From NCBI GenBank assembly GCA_027371815.1, contig DAHXLC010000160.1, forward strand, positions 1 to 44,246: a stretch of 44,246 nt of DNA. The letters run 5' to 3'. A model generated the notes under the pieces. The model did not search any database. It saw only the letters and a list, made by a program, of their open reading frames with translations, and was not told the origin of the DNA. A program made the translations under genes and the position numbers. Below are positions 38,954 to 44,246 of the stretch, one piece after another. Within the stretch, counting starts at the first letter, position 1. Every line of letters begins with the position of its first letter. This stretch comes from Candidatus Melainabacteria bacterium (GTDB lineage: Bacteria > Cyanobacteriota > Vampirovibrionia > Obscuribacterales > JAKAZS01).

Positions 38954-39505
38954 TTAAAATTTATATGACATAACTTTCATTTCAACTAATAAATCGAGGG
39001 TTTCTTTAAATAAATTCACCAGGTCTTCAATCCGATCCTGGTCAATAATTAAAGTTGTATCCTGAAAGGACATGAGGAATTTGCCATTAGGCTGATTTTG
39101 AATTCCCCAGTACGGACTACATAATTTACTCGTTATAGCTGTGTTGATTTTGTTATTAGCTAGTAATTGCAAAAGCTTTGGTTTGTTAGATGTTCTAATG
39201 ACAAAATTTTGATCTAATTCTGCCACACCAGTTCTCTGTACCGGTAAATCAACCCGAATCACAACCGTAGAATTAGCAGTTCGCGGTGTTATCGTAAATT
39301 TAAAAGGTACATCCATACTAAATTCAACTTTTAAGAAAGTTGTAGCAGTATTACCTTTACCTTGACAACTAAGTTCCAGTTCTAAATTATTAAAAGGGAT
39401 AATAATTTTTGGTACTTTATAATCTATCCCCTCAGTAATAGCCTGTCCTTTTAATTGGTGCGCTATTCCACCCCAGACATTATAAGCATATTCCCAGTCA
39501 AACAT
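38954..39505 (-). CDS. hypothetical protein (183 aa), no recognisable motif
   Basis: Clean ORF with AGGA upstream of the ATG. Predicted soluble and beta-rich, with no family recognised. Confidence 0.45.
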   Translation of the reverse strand: MFDWEYAYNVWGGIAHQLKGQAITEGIDYKVPKIIIPFNNLELELSCQGKGNTATTFLKVEFSMDVPFKFTITPRTANSTVVIRVDLPVQRTGVAELDQNFVIRTSNKPKLLQLLANNKINTAITSKLCSPYWGIQNQPNGKFLMSFQDTTLIIDQDRIEDLVNLFKETLDLLVEMKVMSYKF

Positions 39506-39667
39506 TGTTTAGTCCTTTTTGTTGAGCCATTTCCTTAATATTATTAATTAATTTAAGTAAATTTTAATAAGCTTAAATTAATTACAATAATAACCTTATA
39601 ATTTTATCTTACCTATATATTATTTTTTATAGTTAAATTAATAAGCAAAATAAAATAATAATAATTA

Positions 39668-41908
39668 TTGATCAATAAAATTACAAATATGGACAATTAT
39701 CAGAAAATTCAATATCAGGCAGCTGAACAAGAATTTGATCAAGCTTTCATTAATTCTTATCAAATTGATCAACGCCCTCTTTGTGCAGGGGTACCTTTTG
39801 CATTAACCGATGTAGCGCATCCACGTATAATTTTAAAATATTTAAGCAATTTTTTAGTTTTGGATAATTTAGCTGGCGTTCCAGCCTGTAATACATTAGG
39901 ATATGGTTATTATCGCAATGATACCAGATATTTAAGCCAATGGGAGTTAAAATTAAATCAGCAAACCTTATCTTTGTTATCGGCTTCTACCCGCAATGGA
40001 TTTTTGGGTTCATTTTTGTATACAAATCATGAAATTGATAATATACCACAGCAAAAAATTACTATTAATCGTGAAATTATTGTAAATGATCTAGTTTGGG
40101 AAAAAATTATTGTTCAGAATTATTTTAACCAAGATCTGGATATTGTTCTTTCATTTAATTTTCAATCTGACTATGCTGATATGTTTGAAATTCGTGGTTT
40201 AGACCTAAGCTCTCGGGGGCTAAGGATGATCCCAGTTGTGGGAAATAATAATACCAGTATTTATTTAGCTTATGCAAGTATCGATAATCAATTAAGTGAA
40301 ACTAAAATTGAATTTTTTGGTTTAAATAAAATTGAATTTAATGTTTATGAAGGAATAATTGACATTCCACTCCATTTACCCAAAAATCAGTTAAGCGAAT
40401 TTCAAATCTGTATGATGCCCGAATTTAAAAAAAATAATTTAAAAACAACTGGCTTTAATGAGGCTAGTACTATAGTTCAAAATGACTATAAAACATGGCT
40501 AGCCAAAGTAGTATCACTAAAGTCAGATAATGCCATTTTTGATGCTACGCTTCACCAATCATTGGCTGATTTGTTTATTTTAAGACAGCCTACGCCAAAT
40601 GGTATTGGCTTGGCGGCAGGAATTCCTTGGTATACAGCTTTGTTTGGACGTGACAGTGCTATTTGTGCTTTAGAAATTATGCCTTTTGCCCAAGATTTAG
40701 CTAAAGAATGTATTGAAGTGTTAGCTAAGTATCAAGGGCAAAAATATGATAAATTTACCGGCGAAGAGCCTGGAAAAATAATGCATGAATTAAGGCTAGG
40801 TGACTTGGCTCGACAAAAACTTATTCCACACACTCCTTACTATGGAACCGCTGATGCTACACAGCTTTGGCTGATAGCTTTTGCCAGCTATATAAACTGG
40901 TCAGGAAATTTGGATTTTGCTAAGCAATACTGGCCTTGTGTTGAACTAGCTTTGGCCTGGATTGATAATTCTTTAAATGGTCGTGGCTATATAACTTATA
41001 AATCAACCGGTGATCATGATTTGGTTAATCAGGGCTGGAAGGATTCACTAGACTCTATAATGCATAAAAATGGAGATTTAGCTAAGCCACCAATAGCTTT
41101 ATGTGAAGTCCAGGCTTATATTTATGCAGCCTGGACGCAAATAGCTAAATTAGCAGCGACTTTAGCAAAACCACAATTAGCTCAAGAACTTAAAGAAAAA
41201 GCCACTGCCTTAAAGAATAGATTTATTAAAGATTTTTGGTTGGACGATATGCAATATATTGCTATGGCCTTAGATGCTAATAGTAAACCAACTCGCGTCC
41301 TAGCCTCCAATGCCGGGCATTGTCTTTATGCAGGTATATTAGATAATGACATTGCTAATATAGTCTGTGATAAATTAATGTCCAGTGATTTATATTCTAA
41401 CTGGGGATTAAGAACTTTAGCTAAATCATGTATTGCCTATAATCCCATGAGTTATCATAATGGTACTATATGGCCACATGACAATGCATTAATCGCTCAA
41501 GGAATGGCTAATTATGGTCGAATAGCTGATGCCCATAAAATCATCTGTAATATTTATGAAGTAGCAAAATTACAGCCAAATTACCGTCTTCCTGAATTAT
41601 TTTGTGGCTTTAAAAAGCAGGAGCTATTTGATCCGGTTCAGTATCCTGTATCATGCAGTCCCCAGGCATTCGCTAGCGCAGCAATGTTTCAGTTTTTGCA
41701 AATCTGTTTAAATCTGAAGCCTGATGCCCTAAACTTAACACTACATATTGATCAGCCTCAGTTACCAGAAATTTTTAATTATTTAAATATTTCTGGATTG
41801 AGGCTTGGGAATGCAGTAATTGATTTAAGTTTTGCCAAAGTAAACCAAGATACAATTTGCAATATTTTAAAGAAGTCTGGTCAAGTAAAAGTCCTAATTG
41901 AAAAATAA
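39668..41908 (+). CDS. amylo-alpha-1,6-glucosidase / glycogen-debranching-enzyme-like protein (GDE_N_bis plus GDE_C)
   Basis: The ATG at 39689 is likelier than TTG 39668. Motifs present: GIPWYTALFGRDSAI, GKIMHELRLGD, YYGTADATQLWL, NQGWKDSLDS, CEVQAYIYAA, and GLRTLA...YHNGTIWPHDNA. Confidence 0.88.
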   Translation: MINKITNMDNYQKIQYQAAEQEFDQAFINSYQIDQRPLCAGVPFALTDVAHPRIILKYLSNFLVLDNLAGVPACNTLGYGYYRNDTRYLSQWELKLNQQTLSLLSASTRNGFLGSFLYTNHEIDNIPQQKITINREIIVNDLVWEKIIVQNYFNQDLDIVLSFNFQSDYADMFEIRGLDLSSRGLRMIPVVGNNNTSIYLAYASIDNQLSETKIEFFGLNKIEFNVYEGIIDIPLHLPKNQLSEFQICMMPEFKKNNLKTTGFNEASTIVQNDYKTWLAKVVSLKSDNAIFDATLHQSLADLFILRQPTPNGIGLAAGIPWYTALFGRDSAICALEIMPFAQDLAKECIEVLAKYQGQKYDKFTGEEPGKIMHELRLGDLARQKLIPHTPYYGTADATQLWLIAFASYINWSGNLDFAKQYWPCVELALAWIDNSLNGRGYITYKSTGDHDLVNQGWKDSLDSIMHKNGDLAKPPIALCEVQAYIYAAWTQIAKLAATLAKPQLAQELKEKATALKNRFIKDFWLDDMQYIAMALDANSKPTRVLASNAGHCLYAGILDNDIANIVCDKLMSSDLYSNWGLRTLAKSCIAYNPMSYHNGTIWPHDNALIAQGMANYGRIADAHKIICNIYEVAKLQPNYRLPELFCGFKKQELFDPVQYPVSCSPQAFASAAMFQFLQICLNLKPDALNLTLHIDQPQLPEIFNYLNISGLRLGNAVIDLSFAKVNQDTICNILKKSGQVKVLIEK

Positions 41909-41965
41909 TTTCATTTGTGTTATTATTTCTTTTATCGTTGGATTTTTTTTGTAATTAAATAAATT

Positions 41966-42997
41966 ATGAAAATTGCCATTCTGTCAACAAATATTGAGCA
42001 AGTACCACCAGTTGGTTATGGTGGTACTGAATTAATCGTTCATCTTTTAACCGAAAGTTTAGTTACAAGAGGTCATGATGTTACCTTGTTTGCCCCAGCA
42101 ACTAGTATTACTAAAGCTAGACATATAGCCTGTGTGAATAAACCGCTACGTCTTGATGATACGATACCAATGCGACGCTGGCAGGCTTATGATATTATTA
42201 CAATGCAAACTTTAACAAAAATGCAAAACGAATTTGATATAGTTCATAATCACATGGGATACCAGGCGCTACCTTTTCTGAATGATTTTAAGACAAAAGT
42301 TGTATCTACGTTACATAATCCAATTCGTGATTACTGTGCACCTATATATTTTTATTATGGTAATTTACCCTATGTAGCAATTAGCAATTCATATAAAGAA
42401 AAAAATTATCCTGAAAAGCTTAATTATGTGGATGTTATATATAATGGTATTGATATTGATTTATTTCCCCTTAAAACCAATTTAAACCCTAAATATTTTC
42501 TGTTTATTGGACGTATTTGCCAGGATAAAGGTACCGGTATAGCTATACATATCGCCCAAAAGCTTAATATCCCATTAAAAATTGCCGGCAAAGTAGATGT
42601 AAGCGATCTTGAGTATTTTAACGCATTTGTTAAGCCTTATTTAAATTCATCGATTGAATATATTGGCGAAGTTAATCACGCCGAAAAATTATCTTTATAT
42701 CATGATGCTATTGCTGTTTTATATCCGATTGCTTTTGCAGAGCCTTTTGGTCTAGTCATGGTTGAAGCTTTGGCAACAGGTACACCAGTCTTAGCCTTTA
42801 ATCAAGGTTCGGTAAGTGAAATATTAGAAGATGGAATTACAGGTATCGTTGCTAATACGGCAGCGCAAATAGTAGAAAAATTTGGGCTTATTGAAAAAAT
42901 AAATAAAGCCACTTTAAGACGCAGAGTTATCGATAAATTTACTAAGGAAAAAATGATTGATAATTATCTTAAATTATATTTAAAACTTTTAAATTAA
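41966..42997 (+). CDS. short GT4-family glycosyltransferase (343 aa)
   Basis: MKIAILSTNIEQVPPVGYGGTELIVHLLTESLVTRGHDVTLFAP and the E-x7-E region AEPFGLVMVEALATGTPVLAF. Confidence 0.85.
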   Translation: MKIAILSTNIEQVPPVGYGGTELIVHLLTESLVTRGHDVTLFAPATSITKARHIACVNKPLRLDDTIPMRRWQAYDIITMQTLTKMQNEFDIVHNHMGYQALPFLNDFKTKVVSTLHNPIRDYCAPIYFYYGNLPYVAISNSYKEKNYPEKLNYVDVIYNGIDIDLFPLKTNLNPKYFLFIGRICQDKGTGIAIHIAQKLNIPLKIAGKVDVSDLEYFNAFVKPYLNSSIEYIGEVNHAEKLSLYHDAIAVLYPIAFAEPFGLVMVEALATGTPVLAFNQGSVSEILEDGITGIVANTAAQIVEKFGLIEKINKATLRRRVIDKFTKEKMIDNYLKLYLKLLN

Positions 42998-43008
42998 TTT
43001 TATCAATT

Positions 43009-43818
43009 ATGCAATTGCCTCTTTCTGAATCTGATTTTATGCAAATTGTCCAGGCCAATGAATTATTTATTGGCCTGGATCGTGATGGTACTTTAGTTCC
43101 ATACACTTTAACTCCAGATATGGCCTATGTTGACAAAACCGTGCTTGATATTGTTCAGCTATTGACTAATACCAAAAATACCACAGTAGCAATAGTTTCA
43201 GCGCGCGGATTAAATCAGCTGAAAAAGGATTTTCCCTTTAATAATATTGTTCTAGCTGGATCCTGTGGGCTTGAAATCAGTTATCCCGATCATAAAATTA
43301 TAACTAATGAAACTGCTTTAAGAATCAAACCATTATTACCTGAATTAATTGAAGCCTTGCAATCATTAATCAAGTCAAAATATCAGGCTATTATCGAGAA
43401 TCATGGACTTACAGTTTGTCTTCATACTAAACTTATTAGTGACAGATCTATCTTACAAAATATTGAAAAAAAGGTTATTGCGCTGGGAAAAATCTTTCCA
43501 CAGTTACAAATTAATAAGCTTGAGACGACCTATGAATTCTATCCTAATATTAACTGGTCTAAAGGAATGGCCATTGAAACTATCTTTAAATATTTAGCAT
43601 TGGATTTTAATCAGGGTTTATCAATATTTGTTGGTGACTCACAGGCTGACGAATCTGCTTATGAAGTAATCAATAGCTATAATGGAATTACTTTTAAAGT
43701 AGCTCATAATCAGAATGTGAGTAAGGCTAAGATTTTATTAAATTCCGAAAAGATCTTAATAGCTATGTTAGATCAAATTGCAAGAATGCGTTGTAATTTA
43801 TTTGGTAAAATAAGCTAA
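43009..43818 (+). CDS. HAD-IIB phosphatase, trehalose-phosphatase-like
   Basis: Motif I GLDRDGTLVPY, motif II IVSARG, and motif IV VGDSQADES. The ATG is 11 nt after the GT4 stop. Confidence 0.7.
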   Translation: MQLPLSESDFMQIVQANELFIGLDRDGTLVPYTLTPDMAYVDKTVLDIVQLLTNTKNTTVAIVSARGLNQLKKDFPFNNIVLAGSCGLEISYPDHKIITNETALRIKPLLPELIEALQSLIKSKYQAIIENHGLTVCLHTKLISDRSILQNIEKKVIALGKIFPQLQINKLETTYEFYPNINWSKGMAIETIFKYLALDFNQGLSIFVGDSQADESAYEVINSYNGITFKVAHNQNVSKAKILLNSEKILIAMLDQIARMRCNLFGKIS

Positions 43819-43822
43819 TAAT

Positions 43823-43851
43823 TTACTCAAATAAGGATCTTATTTGAGTAA
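43823..43851. terminator. 13-bp perfect hairpin between convergent genes (bidirectional terminator candidate)
   Basis: ttactcaaataag (43823-43835), gat, cttatttgagtaa (43839-43851). The stem is AT-rich and both strands are T-rich downstream. The hairpin encodes the last residues and stop of the minus-strand gene. Confidence 0.45.
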
Positions 43852-44246
43852 TATTAGTTTTAGTTTGAATGGAGTTTTGCAAAGCTTTTTGAGCAGCACT
43901 TAAAATTAGGCCGATATCACTATAATCATCAGGACAGGTAACTAGACCTAAGGCAATAAAAAGTTTGTCAGCACTAAAATTACCTAGAATTTCTGGTTTA
44001 TAGCAGTTTTTAATCAGTCGTTGACAAAAACAGTTAGTACCAAAACTGCTGGTAAAAGGCAGTAAAATGGCAAAGTCAAATAATTCATAATTTGCTAAAA
44101 TATCGGTACTTCTTTTGGTCTGGCTAATATAATTAGTAATACTATCAACAATTTGTTTTGGTGGCAGAGTAAGTTTGCTAATATTTTCGTCATCGAGATA
44201 TTTCAAATTCATTAAAATTACCGAAAAACTTTGTTTATATCTTTTA
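43823..44246 (-). CDS. degenerate GGDEF-domain protein, 5'-partial (continues beyond window)
   Basis: The frame stays open upstream of Met 44212 to the window edge (KRYKQSFSVIL M...). GGDEF-domain layout is FSVILMNLKYLDD...RSTDILANYELFDFAILLP...FIALGLV...AAQKALQNS. GG(D/E)EF is replaced by ELFDF, while RxxD (RSTD) sits exactly 5 residues upstream. Confidence 0.6.
   Translation of the reverse strand, partial: KRYKQSFSVILMNLKYLDDENISKLTLPPKQIVDSITNYISQTKRSTDILANYELFDFAILLPFTSSFGTNCFCQRLIKNCYKPEILGNFSADKLFIALGLVTCPDDYSDIGLILSAAQKALQNSIQTKTNITQIRSLFE

Noticed and set aside
1-44246. CRISPR arrays, IS elements, prophage genes and large tandem or dispersed repeats
   Set aside because: Reading through the window, I saw no regularly spaced direct repeats, transposase, integrase or recombinase ORFs, or phage structural genes. 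A computational self-dot-plot would be needed to exclude diverged repeats.
1-44246. Alternative genetic code (TGA reassignment), given the low G+C
   Set aside because: Long conserved ORFs end at TGA exactly where homologues should end (waaA at 32251-32253, the phosphatase at 36051-36053). No conserved protein is interrupted by an in-frame stop.
29400-44246. Remaining short overlapping ORFs in the track: 29400-29606, 30324-30545, 31131-31322, 33768-34013, 36883-37119, 43403-43597. Also, upstream of this span: 6469-6654, 10955-11146, 21620-21850, 27377-27604.
   Set aside because: Each is nested in or antisense to a well-supported longer CDS and lacks start signals or motifs.

Overview
This is a 44.2-kb, AT-rich (roughly one-third G+C by eye, not computed), densely coding stretch of bacterial chromosome. 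It uses the standard code: TAA, TAG and TGA all end ORFs where homologous proteins should end. I support about 37 protein genes and one tRNA-Ala(GGC). I saw no rRNA, CRISPR array, transposase, integrase or obvious phage gene, so it reads as core chromosome of a diderm bacterium. Lineage cannot be fixed from sequence alone. The type III glutamine synthetase, LPS core genes, DUF3417-type glucan phosphorylase and GDE-like glucosidase suggest a cyanobacteria-related non-photosynthetic or similar deep lineage, which is a guess.

Gene content, in order:
- fabF (5' partial), a TPR protein, yjbQ-glnN
- trxB, a GT4 glycosyltransferase, a YyaL-like thioredoxin-domain protein, a small membrane protein
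- a DUF2207-like membrane protein and an MBL hydrolase
- a secreted glycosidase-like protein and alpha-glucan phosphorylase
- redoxin, membrane protein, HD phosphohydrolase, ffh
- coaX, a MurNAc-L-Ala amidase, a DUF547 protein, preceded by tRNA-Ala
- Fe-ADH, SCP2 protein, radical SAM enzyme
- an OstA/LptD-like protein and ROK glucokinase
- waaA-lpxK-heptosyltransferase, a phasin-like protein
- a secreted PafA-like phosphatase coupled to polA, an orphan 183-aa gene
- a GDE-like glucosidase, a GT4, a trehalose-phosphatase-like HAD
- a degenerate GGDEF protein running off the 3' edge

The best candidate for an undescribed system is the Fe-ADH/SCP2/radical-SAM operon at 24193-26832. It has intact catalytic motifs, a lipid-carrier-fold partner, no precursor peptide and no recognisable pathway context. 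The second candidate is the GDE-like/GT4/HAD-IIB cassette at 39668-43818. All functional calls come from motif recognition in the supplied translations. No database search was run.
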